DNA from: an uncultured virus (IMG/VR IMGVR_UViG_3300032227_002278)
Taxonomy: Duplodnaviria > Heunggongvirae > Uroviricota > Caudoviricetes
Reading direction: 5' to 3' (one strand)
Virus record (IMG/VR): IMGVR_UViG_3300032227_002278
Length of the DNA: 20,000 bases
Notes under the pieces: generated by a model
The model's input: the letters and a program-made list of their open reading frames with translations, nothing else
Database searches by the model: none
Told to the model about the DNA's origin: nothing
Program-made: the position numbers and the translations under genes
Shown here: one piece after another, positions 7,901-16,648 of the stretch
Layout: each line of letters starts with the position of its first letter
Position numbering within the stretch: position 1 is the stretch's first letter

Positions 7901-7956
7901 ACCTGGTGCGAGGTTGTGTTTAGTAATCGGACGCACCTTATCCGATTGCAATACAA
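7901..7956 (+). ncRNA. putative structured leader RNA (two hairpins with complementary loops)
   Basis: ACCT-GGTGCG-AGGT and GTAATCGGA-CGCACCTTA-TCCGATTGC; the loops GGTGCG and CGCACC are complementary. Confidence 0.4.
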
Positions 7957-7971
7957 GGAAGTGAGAAGACG

Positions 7972-8346
7972 ATGATGAATAAGTTTGTTGCAGTTGTAGC
8001 TCTGGTTCTTTTGGCTAGTAGTTCTTTTGCTGGTCCTTTTGGACTGGTTGGACGCAAAGGCTATTCCAATAACAATAACAATACCAATACCACTACAAAT
8101 AGTGGCGGACAGGTTGTGTATAACAATCGTCCTTTTCTGGGAACCGCTCAAGCTGCTGCCAATTATTTAGCTTCAATCTGCCGCTTGGGGCACTTTGGTG
8201 GCAACTCAGGATATGAAGGAGTAGGCATGGGCAGCACTCCCTATCAAGCAGAAATGAACTGCTGCTATCGCAACAAATGGAATCCTAGAGAAGTAGGTAT
8301 CGCCCAAGGCTCAAATGGCATGTGGTATGCCTGCTGCCGTTACTAA
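7972..8346 (+). CDS. secreted protein, reduced CAP/SCP-like domain
   Basis: Signal peptide MMNKFVAVVALVLLASSSFA; N/T-rich linker; AQAAANYLA...GHFGG..GYEGVG...CC...VGIAQGSNGMWYACCRY. Confidence 0.7.
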   Translation: MMNKFVAVVALVLLASSSFAGPFGLVGRKGYSNNNNNTNTTTNSGGQVVYNNRPFLGTAQAAANYLASICRLGHFGGNSGYEGVGMGSTPYQAEMNCCYRNKWNPREVGIAQGSNGMWYACCRY

Positions 8347-8368
8347 GGTTTGATATAAGTTGACAAAG

Positions 8369-8397
8369 AAAGAGGCGGGGAAACCCGCCTCTTTTTT
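8369..8397 (+). terminator. intrinsic terminator
   Basis: AAAGAGGCGGG-GAAA-CCCGCCTCTTTTTT. Confidence 0.9.
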
Positions 8398-8445
8398 ATT
8401 ACGATAATTCTGAAGCCTATTCTTTTCGGTGGAAGGAGTAAACCG

Positions 8446-8640
8446 ATGAAAAGAGGATTAGTTTTAATTTTACTTTTAACGGGCTGTAGGCACTATACAA
8501 ACCATGCCAATCGCCCTGTTCCCAAATGGTGCGCTGAAAGTGGAGTGGCTACCAGCTACTTTCCAAATGCCCCATGCAAAAAATATGAATTTGAAATTGA
8601 GAAAGTGGATCTTTCTTTCAAACTAAGGAGAGAATGGTAA
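8446..8640 (+). CDS. putative small lipoprotein
   Basis: MKRGLVLILLLTGC lipobox-like signal; AAGGAG RBS. Confidence 0.65.
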   Translation: MKRGLVLILLLTGCRHYTNHANRPVPKWCAESGVATSYFPNAPCKKYEFEIEKVDLSFKLRREW

Positions 8641-9239
8641 TGGTTAAAGTGGTTAGCATTGACGAAGTTGTTGAAATTTTAAAGAATATCAATAAAGATA
8701 TTCTTTTCACTATTAGACTTGCTACTGATGCCGATCTTCTAAAGAAAGGCAATCCTTATAACAGGGTTATTAAGGTTCAAGACCTTCAATGTTATATTGG
8801 TAGCAAAATGTATGAAGAGCAAGTGAATGACAAGCTGCAATCCAAATGGAAGCAGGAAAAGATGGTGGACCCTAATGCACCGGAACCACAAAAGTTTGTT
8901 GCTATGGAAAGACCTTTTGGTACGCATGTAGAGGGGACACCGCTGATTAAACATGAAAAGAATGTTGGCAGTCCCTATTATTGTCAGATTTCTTGCGTGA
9001 AATCGGTTTCTGTTGGGTATTTTGATGAAAAATTAAATAAAATTTCAACAGATGCCGTAAGACCTTTCTTTAAGAATAAAAAGGAAGGTTCAAGACAGAT
9101 TGAGGCTGGACTTGACACTTGTGAAGTGATAGTATATAGAACACCTTGGGTTGGGAGTTTTGTTTCTATGCAACAGCATAACAGCAAGAACCTGATTCAA
9201 GTTGATAATATGTTAACATATCAGTGCTTAACACTCTGA
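8640..9239 (+). CDS. hypothetical protein
   Basis: About 199 aa; AAGGAG RBS; ATG overlaps the upstream TAA (alternative start 8634). Confidence 0.8.
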   Translation: MVKVVSIDEVVEILKNINKDILFTIRLATDADLLKKGNPYNRVIKVQDLQCYIGSKMYEEQVNDKLQSKWKQEKMVDPNAPEPQKFVAMERPFGTHVEGTPLIKHEKNVGSPYYCQISCVKSVSVGYFDEKLNKISTDAVRPFFKNKKEGSRQIEAGLDTCEVIVYRTPWVGSFVSMQQHNSKNLIQVDNMLTYQCLTL

Positions 9240-9248
9240 TATAAACAT

Positions 9249-9517
9249 GCGCCCTTAGCTTAATGGATAAAGCCACGGTCTTCGATATAGGAGCATTGTA
9301 AGAGAAATCTTATAATGAATTGCGTCAAAGTCGGTGAACCCTTAGCTGGGAATACCGAGCCAAGCCTGGAAACAGGAAGGTGTAGAGAGTAGACGACGCA
9401 GGTCTTAACAGGTAATGCTGAAGACCAAGGTGTACTCCAGACCACAAACCGAAAGGGTAGCGAAAGCTATAGTGGTAAGCTAAACCGTAGATAGAGGTTC
9501 GATTCCTCTAGGGCGTA
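9249..9517 (+). tRNA. trnR: tRNA-Arg (anticodon TCT) interrupted by a group I intron; exons 9249-9282 and 9480-9517
   Basis: Joined exons give acceptor GCGCCCT/AGGGCGT, anticodon arm ACGGT-CT-T|CT-AA-ACCGT and T arm AGAGG-TTCGATT-CCTCT. Confidence 0.9.
9283..9479 (+). ncRNA. group I self-splicing intron (IC3-like), 197 nt, no ORF
   Basis: P1 CTT|C:GGAG with U.G at the splice site; P2 CATTGTAAGA-GAAA-TCTTATAATG; P3 TGCGTC/GACGCA; P7 GAGTA (9387-9391)/TACTC (9433-9437); P8 GGTCTT/AAGACC; GAAA-looped P9 region; terminal G at 9479. Confidence 0.92.
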
Positions 9518-9522
9518 TTAAG

Positions 9523-9552
9523 AGAGAGACTAAGTAGTCTCTCTTTTTTTTT
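9523..9552 (+). terminator. intrinsic terminator after tRNA-Arg
   Basis: AGAGAGACT-AAGT-AGTCTCTCT followed by a T-run. Confidence 0.85.
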
Positions 9553-9581
9553 GTGTGTTGGTAACAAACAAGGAGGTTGTT

Positions 9582-9830
9582 ATGTTTGTGATTCGTGTGT
9601 CTAGGGGATCTTTAAACTATGTAGCTGGTTTTTCGGAGAATCATCAAGTGGTGGTTTTCTGCGAAGAATTGGAAGAAGCTAAAGTTTTCAATACTTATCA
9701 ACAAGCATTAGGATGGGTATCTGATTATACAGATGTTGGTTATGGATTTGAATTGAAAGATGTTAATTGTATTGTGAATATGAATGAGAATACTTCTGAA
9801 AAGTATCTGAATACGATTCTTCAATTGTAA
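9582..9830 (+). CDS. hypothetical protein
   Basis: AAGGAGG RBS before ATG 9582; 82 aa. Confidence 0.75.
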   Translation: MFVIRVSRGSLNYVAGFSENHQVVVFCEELEEAKVFNTYQQALGWVSDYTDVGYGFELKDVNCIVNMNENTSEKYLNTILQL

Positions 9831-9894
9831 TTACGATAATTGCAAAAGTCTTTGTTTTAGGTGTCGAAAAGGTTTCTACTAAAAGGAGAATAAA

Positions 9895-10491
9895 ATGAAA
9901 CCCGGTTTGTTGTTGTTCCGCAAGTTCGGTGAGCGAGTTGTCGTTGGTGATTCTGTAGTGGTCGCCCCGGAATTTCCTGTAACCTTTTTTATGATGGATG
10001 GCGTTGTTCATAGCTTGTCATATATTCTAGATGACAATGATATTGAAAATGCTATTATCCCACAGGGCACAAAGGATTGGTGTTGGGTTTTAGGGGGAGA
10101 ATCCTTTAGAGAAGATAGCTGCACATTGCATCTGGTTCCTGTCAAGTCTGTTGGAACTGTTGGAACTGTTGGTGTTCTTGACAAGGCTACTATGAAACTT
10201 TCTCTTGTTAAGGGAGAAGAGGTAGTTATACCAGAGTGTTTTGGGAAGAAGGTTAGCTTCTCTCACAACTCTGTAATGGTAAGCATGGATATTATGGATG
10301 CCCATAATAAACCAGAAGCATCTACCGAAATGTATTGTGATGTTAATTCAACCATGCCCATTCTTGCACCAAATGGTGTCAAGTTTGAAGTTACAGTTGA
10401 ATCTTTCAGAGGTGTTGCTGGTTGTAGTATCCGATTCAACGCAGAACAAGATACAAGTATCATGCGTGAAGAATTGCTTACTAGAGCATAA
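9895..10491 (+). CDS. CsrA/RsmA-like protein with a large internal insertion
   Basis: N-terminal LLLFRKFGERVVVGDSVVV and C-terminal FEVTVESFRG...SIRFNAEQDTSIMREELL resemble the two halves of CsrA. Confidence 0.55.
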   Translation: MKPGLLLFRKFGERVVVGDSVVVAPEFPVTFFMMDGVVHSLSYILDDNDIENAIIPQGTKDWCWVLGGESFREDSCTLHLVPVKSVGTVGTVGVLDKATMKLSLVKGEEVVIPECFGKKVSFSHNSVMVSMDIMDAHNKPEASTEMYCDVNSTMPILAPNGVKFEVTVESFRGVAGCSIRFNAEQDTSIMREELLTRA

Positions 10492-10493
10492 CA

Positions 10494-10814
10494 ATGGATG
10501 AGCAATTCTATAACATTCCACAGAAAGGTATGGGTGTTACAGTTTGCTACTGGAGAGCTAGAGAGCCAGCCACTATCATCAAAGTTAAGGGCAAAATTTT
10601 GATGATAAGGCTGGACTCTCTATATCAACAAGCTACAAATCAACACTCCCATATCATCATCAATAATCCTTCTGGATTAACAATGACTTTCTCTAAACGC
10701 AAAAGTAATAAATGGATTATGAAAGGAGAATCAGACTCCCCAAAATCCACTTACCTAGTTCTAGGGGAAAGAGCTAAAGTTCTAAATAATGGAGTTCTAC
10801 TAGCTGCTGATTAA
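10494..10814 (+). CDS. hypothetical phage protein
   Basis: 106 aa; starts 2 nt after the upstream stop. Confidence 0.75.
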   Translation: MDEQFYNIPQKGMGVTVCYWRAREPATIIKVKGKILMIRLDSLYQQATNQHSHIIINNPSGLTMTFSKRKSNKWIMKGESDSPKSTYLVLGERAKVLNNGVLLAAD

Positions 10815-10921
10815 ACAATACAATTTGTGTTCTGGAATAAAATCTTGAACATGAATTACGATAATTACAGATCCTGTTCTTTTAAGTGTCGCTGTGGTGG
10901 TGACAACCAAGGAGGTGCGTT

Positions 10922-11257
10922 ATGGGTCTTGATAGCTTCTGGCGTTCTAATGACGGTTCTTCCCCTGTTATCGAGAAAGACTACCCTGTATGCGGTGGTA
11001 TGTTCTCTGGAAACGGAAACGATAGTTTCCGGGGGAAAGTCTACAACTCCCTGGTTGAGGACTTGACCGGAGTTTCACTCTATCAAGAGGAAATTCCTGT
11101 TGATGTTGTCAAGGATATGGCTAGGAAGTTGAAAGAAACTTCTTACGACCCTGTAATCGAAAGGGATTATGATATCGATAAAGAGGAATACGAAGGACTG
11201 GTCAATATGTTTGTTGACCATGCCGAATCAAACCACCATCTGGTTGGATGGTGGTGA
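10922..11257 (+). CDS. hypothetical phage protein
   Basis: AAGGAGGT RBS; follows the element copy at 10854; 111 aa. Confidence 0.85.
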   Translation: MGLDSFWRSNDGSSPVIEKDYPVCGGMFSGNGNDSFRGKVYNSLVEDLTGVSLYQEEIPVDVVKDMARKLKETSYDPVIERDYDIDKEEYEGLVNMFVDHAESNHHLVGWW

Positions 11258-11279
11258 TAACTAGCTCGGTACGGAGCCA

Positions 11280-11315
11280 AATTATACCCAGAGGCGTACC
11301 ACTCTGGGTATAATT
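11280..11315. other. perfect 14-bp inverted repeat (terminator or processing hairpin)
   Basis: AATTATACCCAGAG-GCGTACCA-CTCTGGGTATAATT; no U-tract. Confidence 0.6.
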
Positions 11316-11324
11316 GAGATTCAA

Positions 11325-11696
11325 ATGGAAATAAAAACAATTAAACAAGCAAAAGAAGCTGGATTTAAATTGCTAACTCCTGAAGATAGAGGAGGAGAAC
11401 GACTTATTATTAAAGGTAAAGAATATATCAGGAATGGAGAAAAAGCAAAGTATGTTTATAAATCAACATTAAAAAAAGAATTTGGATTTACTGATAGCAT
11501 TATAAAAGAACTTGGAGAACCAGATAAACTTGTTGCAAACCCACACTATAGGTCCGGTCCCAAAAGCCAATTGTATCTTTTGGAAAAGGTTTTAGATTTA
11601 GTAGAAAAAAAGAAAATAGAAAATCCATTTTTAGCAATGAAAATGGATGACAGGGTTTTTAATAATTATAAAAAACCTAAAAATAACACCCATTAG
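11325..11696 (+). CDS. hypothetical protein (Lys-rich)
   Basis: 123 aa; GFTDSIIKELGEPD...NPHY...LYLLEKV. Confidence 0.75.
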   Translation: MEIKTIKQAKEAGFKLLTPEDRGGERLIIKGKEYIRNGEKAKYVYKSTLKKEFGFTDSIIKELGEPDKLVANPHYRSGPKSQLYLLEKVLDLVEKKKIENPFLAMKMDDRVFNNYKKPKNNTH

Positions 11697-11764
11697 AATT
11701 ACGATAATTTCTCAGCCCATTCTTTTAAGTGTCGCCGGGGTGGCGATAACCAAGGAGGTGCGTT

Positions 11765-11962
11765 ATGGAAGAAGTTCAACTTACCGCCGAAGAGAAGGCT
11801 CAACTCAAACTTCGGGAAAAACTTGCTGCACAGCAAGAAGCCGAAGCCGAAAAAGAAGGTATGTCAATAGGACGAGCGAGAATGTTCGCACCAGTCCGAA
11901 AAGGTAAACGAAGCGGTGGACACCTACACGGTGCGTCCCGCCAAAACAGAGCTAAGGTTTAA
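11765..11962 (+). CDS. hypothetical protein (acidic N-half, basic C-half)
   Basis: AAGGAGGT RBS; follows the element copy at 11697. Confidence 0.8.
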   Translation: MEEVQLTAEEKAQLKLREKLAAQQEAEAEKEGMSIGRARMFAPVRKGKRSGGHLHGASRQNRAKV

Positions 11963-12046
11963 TCCTTAGCCCTGTCTTCTCTAAGGATGGAGAAAGAATG
12001 TTGTTGAATATCATAATGTAAAACTTACAGGATGATATTTTAAACA

Positions 12047-12088
12047 ATGATATGCAAGGTGTTTCCATATCGACACCTTGCATATCAT
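12047..12088. other. 16-bp inverted repeat
   Basis: ATGATATGCAAGGTGT-N10-ACACCTTGCATATCAT. Confidence 0.65.
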
Positions 12089-12138
12089 CATTCCCTTATC
12101 AACATGTCGTCTAAACACTTTTTAATAGGAGTTTTACT

Positions 12139-12837
12139 GTGTCTGTTCCCAATCACAATGTATTGATGAAACTACCTGAATTCATAAAGTATCTTGATGA
12201 AACAGTTTCAAAGATTTCCCAAGATTCAAAACTCTATCACCAATTGAAAACTAGTGGTGTATATTTAATTGATGAAAATACCAAAATTCCAACCGAATTG
12301 GATTGGGATTTTAACAATAACATTCTTGCAAGTAATTGTCAATACACAGGAGTTTTTTGTCACGAAACTTCAAGGTTCTTTTACATAACTTTAAAACAGA
12401 TTTACCCCCAATCCAAAGAGTATATTGAAAAATATAAAAATAAGCGGGAAAAAGATAAAATTATTAAAGATAAAGAAAATGCACTATTTTATTGGCTACA
12501 AGATGAATCAATCGTCTGCTTAGTAGCAAAAGATGATTATAACACAAACGCAAAACTAGGTCCTGTAAACGCAGGAGATATCTTTGATATCAGCACCAGT
12601 ACCAGAGACTATTCATCTGGATATAATAAAAATCCAGCTAAATTAGCCAGAGGCTCCCTATTGATTCCTACAACATGGAGAAATATAAAATATGAACCTA
12701 CTTATTCAGAGATAATAAGAATGAGACCAATTGAAGTTATCAACCTAAGAGAAAAGAATTATCCTGATTATAATCCTCGTTATGACTATTGGGAAAAAAA
12801 ATTAAATAAAAACTTCCCACTTAGACAAACTAGCTGA
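12139..12837 (+). CDS. hypothetical protein
   Basis: 232 aa; GTG start with AGGAG RBS. Confidence 0.8.
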   Translation: MSVPNHNVLMKLPEFIKYLDETVSKISQDSKLYHQLKTSGVYLIDENTKIPTELDWDFNNNILASNCQYTGVFCHETSRFFYITLKQIYPQSKEYIEKYKNKREKDKIIKDKENALFYWLQDESIVCLVAKDDYNTNAKLGPVNAGDIFDISTSTRDYSSGYNKNPAKLARGSLLIPTTWRNIKYEPTYSEIIRMRPIEVINLREKNYPDYNPRYDYWEKKLNKNFPLRQTS

Positions 12838-13068
12838 TTAACTTTACATATCAACAATCAAATAATAATAAGATATATTGTTATTTAATTGTTATTTGAT
12901 TGTTATTCTATTGTTATTTTATAAGCTATAACTTATTATTTTTAAGTTGTAACCAATAATAACAATTATATAACTATAACTTATTGTAAAATTATAATAA
13001 GTTATAGTTATAAACTTAATTTGATAATAAGAATATACTATTTAGCTATAGTATTTACCTAATAACTA
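12838..13068. repeat. very AT-rich non-coding tract with 11-bp tandem repeats and inverted repeats
   Basis: ATTGTTATT at 12877, 12888, 12899, 12910; 17-bp perfect inverted repeat at 12969-12985/12996-13012. Confidence 0.8.
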
Positions 13069-13200
13069 AAGACTTCCTTATATAGAAGGTCTTCAGGGGT
13101 TGTACCAACAGCCCCCATATCAACAAACCAGAATTACGATAATTATAGACCCCATTCTTTTAAGTGTCGCCGGGGTGGCGAACAACAAAGGAAAAAGAAA

Positions 13201-13743
13201 ATGCTAGAATACGATTGTGAAGTCTCCTACAAGAACAATAAAGGACACACAGTTAAAGTATATCAAGATGAAAACCCACAGTCACCAAGAGATAATGACA
13301 ATCTTGGAAGCATGACATTTTTCCACAATAGATATAATCTTGGCGACAAACATAATCATACCCCAGAATCTTTCAATGAGTTTCTGGAATACAATTCCGA
13401 TGGAATCGTAGCCGTAAAAGTTTATGGCTATGAACACGGACAACTAACTATATCAACCAAACCATTCTCTTGCATCTTTGATAGCGGTGTACTTGGATAT
13501 ATCCATGTGTCCAAATTGGATGCTATGAAAGCATTCGAACAAAAAGAATGGACAAAAGAACTTGAAGATAAGATTGTTAAATGCCTTGAGCAAGAAGTTG
13601 AAACATATGATCAATACCTTGTAGGTGATGTATATGGATATATCGTCTTCGATGAAGATGACGAAGAGATTGATTCCTGCTGGGGATTCTATGGTAGCGA
13701 TATCAATAAAAATGGCATAAAAGATTATGCTGATAATATCTAA
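13201..13743 (+). CDS. hypothetical phage protein
   Basis: 180 aa; EVETYDQYLVGDVYGY...DSCWGFYG; follows the element copy at 13132. Confidence 0.85.
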   Translation: MLEYDCEVSYKNNKGHTVKVYQDENPQSPRDNDNLGSMTFFHNRYNLGDKHNHTPESFNEFLEYNSDGIVAVKVYGYEHGQLTISTKPFSCIFDSGVLGYIHVSKLDAMKAFEQKEWTKELEDKIVKCLEQEVETYDQYLVGDVYGYIVFDEDDEEIDSCWGFYGSDINKNGIKDYADNI

Positions 13744-13917
13744 TTGATATAGCCGATACAGCCATATAAACATGGCTGTATCGGCATTTTACATATCATC
13801 ATCTGTATATCAATATGATTATTCAAGGGTTGTACCAAAGGAAATCCAGAATTACGATAATTGCAAAGCCCATTCTTTCAAGTGTCACCGAGGTGGTGAC
13901 TAACAAAGGGGAATACA

Positions 13918-14130
13918 ATGCAAACTGAATACTTTGTGTGGGTCATGGATGAAAATGATAATGTTGTAAAGAGTGGTGTATGCTCAACCAAATATGAAGC
14001 TATCAGCTTCTCAAGGGTTCGCAGCAAAAAGTATAAGGCTACCCGTAGCCTTTGTGCTGAACATATCGTTGGAATGCCCAATGATAAGTATACCCTTATC
14101 TGGCAAGAACAAGTTACTATTGGTAACTAA
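13918..14130 (+). CDS. hypothetical protein
   Basis: Cassette ORF after element 13850; AAGGGG RBS. Confidence 0.8.
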   Translation: MQTEYFVWVMDENDNVVKSGVCSTKYEAISFSRVRSKKYKATRSLCAEHIVGMPNDKYTLIWQEQVTIGN

Positions 14131-14202
14131 GACTAATTACGATAATTCCAGACCACTTTCTTTCAAGTGTCGAAAAGGTTTCAACCAACAAAGGAGAATG
14201 CT

Positions 14203-14373
14203 ATGCAATCTTTTACCCCCGTCCGAAGCGTAATGTTCGTTGTCTCCTACAATGGAGATATGCTTTGGAAATACCCAACCAAAAAAGAAGCTGAAGAAGC
14301 TCTATGTTGGGCTAGCTGGAGATATAACTGGGCAGCTACCGATATGAAAATTGTTGAAGTAGTAAAGTTATAA
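14203..14373 (+). CDS. hypothetical protein
   Basis: AAGGAG RBS before ATG 14203; after element 14135; 56 aa. Confidence 0.75.
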   Translation: MQSFTPVRSVMFVVSYNGDMLWKYPTKKEAEEALCWASWRYNWAATDMKIVEVVKL

Positions 14374-14538
14374 CGATGATAGGTAGCTTCTTACATATCA
14401 ACATGGAGATAGTAAGCATATAACTTACTATCTCCATTTTCTTCCTTCAGGGGCTATAAAACAAACCCCGAATTACGATAATTCTAAACCCCATTCTTTC
14501 AAGTGTCGAAAAGGTTTCAACCAACAAAGGAGAATACT

Positions 14539-14757
14539 ATGAACGAGTCAACTGTGATTACTGGTGCAGACAATATCGCCGCTTTTCAGATTATTCGTCT
14601 GTATCACGCCCTGAGATTGCAAGAGAGAACTGGCATGACATTGTCTGCCGGTTCTGTTATCAAGTATGTTAATACATATTACGGCGTGAAAGGTCGTACC
14701 GCTAAAAAAGTAGCGGATAACCTGAAACTGAAGTATCCAGATATTCTTAGTCATTAA
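14539..14757 (+). CDS. hypothetical protein
   Basis: AAGGAG RBS before ATG 14539; after element 14471; 72 aa. Confidence 0.8.
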   Translation: MNESTVITGADNIAAFQIIRLYHALRLQERTGMTLSAGSVIKYVNTYYGVKGRTAKKVADNLKLKYPDILSH

Positions 14758-14923
14758 GAATATCTGGATACTAAAGGATATATCGAAAGATATATCCTTT
14801 AGTATTAACTTACTTCAGGGGTTGTACCAACAGCCCCCATATCAACAAACCAGAATTACGATAATTACAAACCACACTCTTTCAAGTGTCACCGAGGTGG
14901 TGACAATCAAACGGAGAACGATT

Positions 14924-15331
14924 ATGAACGATATCATCAGAACCGCCCTTTCCAAGGCGTACACGCCAGTCAATCCTCTTGCACCTGGTAAATACCAAGT
15001 GAAAGAGCGTATCACCTTGGAGATAGAAGGAACTATCACCAAAGGGGCAGACCAAAGCCGTGTCCCAACTGTTGATATTCCCTGGAAGAAAGTATGCGCC
15101 CACCTGGCTGAAAAGCTAGGCTGCGTAGGGGACGCTGCTATCAACCAACTCACGGATGCTATCCGTGATGCAATGAATAACAACAAGGATAAAGATACGG
15201 CTATTGAAAGCCATATCAAGAACCTTGAATCTGCTACCAAGAAAGTTGAATCTTTCTTGGGACAGCTTCCACCAAAGACTGTCAGCGGAAGAACTTCCGT
15301 TGATGTAGTAGTTAGAGAGGTTGCTCTCTAA
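14924..15331 (+). CDS. hypothetical protein
   Basis: GGAG RBS before ATG 14924; after element 14854; 135 aa. Confidence 0.85.
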   Translation: MNDIIRTALSKAYTPVNPLAPGKYQVKERITLEIEGTITKGADQSRVPTVDIPWKKVCAHLAEKLGCVGDAAINQLTDAIRDAMNNNKDKDTAIESHIKNLESATKKVESFLGQLPPKTVSGRTSVDVVVREVAL

Positions 15332-15486
15332 CTATAAAGGGGAATATAGAAAGCTATATTCCCCTTTATCAAATTACTTCAGGGGTTGTACCAACAGCCC
15401 CCATATCAACAAACCCGAATTACGATAATTCTAGACCCCATTCTTTTAAGTGTCGCCAAGGTGGTGACAAACCAAGGAGGTGCGTT

Positions 15487-15744
15487 ATGGAAGAATGCTG
15501 CGATTACTGCCAGGCGGACGATGTAACCACAGAAGAGGTTTATGGAAAAAACCTCTGCGAAGACTGCCAAGACCTCGAAATGGCAGGCGAATTAGAAGAC
15601 TTCATCTTTGATGATGAGGATGATGTAGATTATGATAAAAAACCTTATTATCATTGGGAAGATGATGAGGAAGATGATGAGGATTATGGCGATTGGGAAG
15701 ATGACGATGACGATGATGATGATGATGATGATAGTCGCCATTGA
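15487..15744 (+). CDS. CxxC/CxxC zinc-finger protein with an extremely acidic tail
   Basis: CDYC...CEDC followed by a D/E-rich C-terminus; AAGGAGGT RBS. Confidence 0.8.
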   Translation: MEECCDYCQADDVTTEEVYGKNLCEDCQDLEMAGELEDFIFDDEDDVDYDKKPYYHWEDDEEDDEDYGDWEDDDDDDDDDDDSRH

Positions 15745-15894
15745 TATCAAAGGATAGCAGACTCTAGTGGTCTGCTATCTCATTCTTCTTCAGGGGTTGT
15801 ACCAACGCCTCCCATATCAACAAACCCGAATTACGATAATTACAAAGCCCGCCCTTTTAAGTGTCGCCAAGGTGGTGACAACAGGAGAACGACA

Positions 15895-16092
15895 ATGGAA
15901 AACCTTCGTGCTAATACACTTCTCATGATGTGCCGCAAGGCTTTCATGAAAGGTGTCGCAAATATCAAACTCAATCCCAATGGTATCACTCCAGAAGAAC
16001 TGGAAGCTACCGCTAAAAAGTTGGGAATGGGATATCACAAAGTTAGCAACTTGGAAGTTAAGCTATACCGCAATAGCCGCCCACAAAGCTAA
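15895..16092 (+). CDS. hypothetical protein (basic)
   Basis: AGGAG RBS; after element 15829. Confidence 0.8.
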   Translation: MENLRANTLLMMCRKAFMKGVANIKLNPNGITPEELEATAKKLGMGYHKVSNLEVKLYRNSRPQS

Positions 16093-16158
16093 TTACGATA
16101 ATTCCAGACCACTTTCTTTCAAGTGTCACCGAGGTGGTGACTAACAAAGGGGAATACA

Positions 16159-16506
16159 ATGCGAGCTTATCCTAAGAAACTGCTTTCTTTTTTCGACTGG
16201 AACCAACTACTGGGTAAACGGACTAGTAAGAAGCTAGCCAATAATACCTATGTCGAAAAAATCGATAGCAATACCATCGGTATTCGCTACCACCGCACCC
16301 ATGTAGTCCAAGTGCGATCAGATGATACCTATCGTCTGACCACTAATGGCTGGACTACTCCCACCACCAAGGTGCGGTTAAATAAATATAGCCCGCTCAA
16401 TATCTGGCAAAAGAACTTCGAATGGTTCTATAACCACAATGGGGAAGATAAATCCTTCTTCGATGGGATTGTGGTAGATAGGGCTGGTAATCCAGTCTCT
16501 GTCTGA
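16159..16506 (+). CDS. hypothetical phage protein
   Basis: 115 aa; YHRTHVV...LTTNGWTTPTTKVRLN; after element 16091. Confidence 0.85.
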   Translation: MRAYPKKLLSFFDWNQLLGKRTSKKLANNTYVEKIDSNTIGIRYHRTHVVQVRSDDTYRLTTNGWTTPTTKVRLNKYSPLNIWQKNFEWFYNHNGEDKSFFDGIVVDRAGNPVSV

Positions 16507-16648
16507 TTATAAAAGGGTGTGATAGAGATATCACACCCTGTATCTTTACTTGCTTCAGGGGTTGTACCTTTCCATATCAACAATTACGATAATTACAAAC
16601 CACACTCTTTCAAGTGTCACCGAGGTGGTGACAACAGGAGGTTTCACA

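Noticed and set aside
9960..10370. Intein or intron explaining the insertion in the CsrA-like protein
   Set aside because: The frame is continuous, with no convincing intein splice-junction blocks at the insert boundaries and no group I core
15700..15733. (GAT)n microsatellite as an independent repeat
   Set aside because: It simply encodes the poly-Asp tail of 15487-15744
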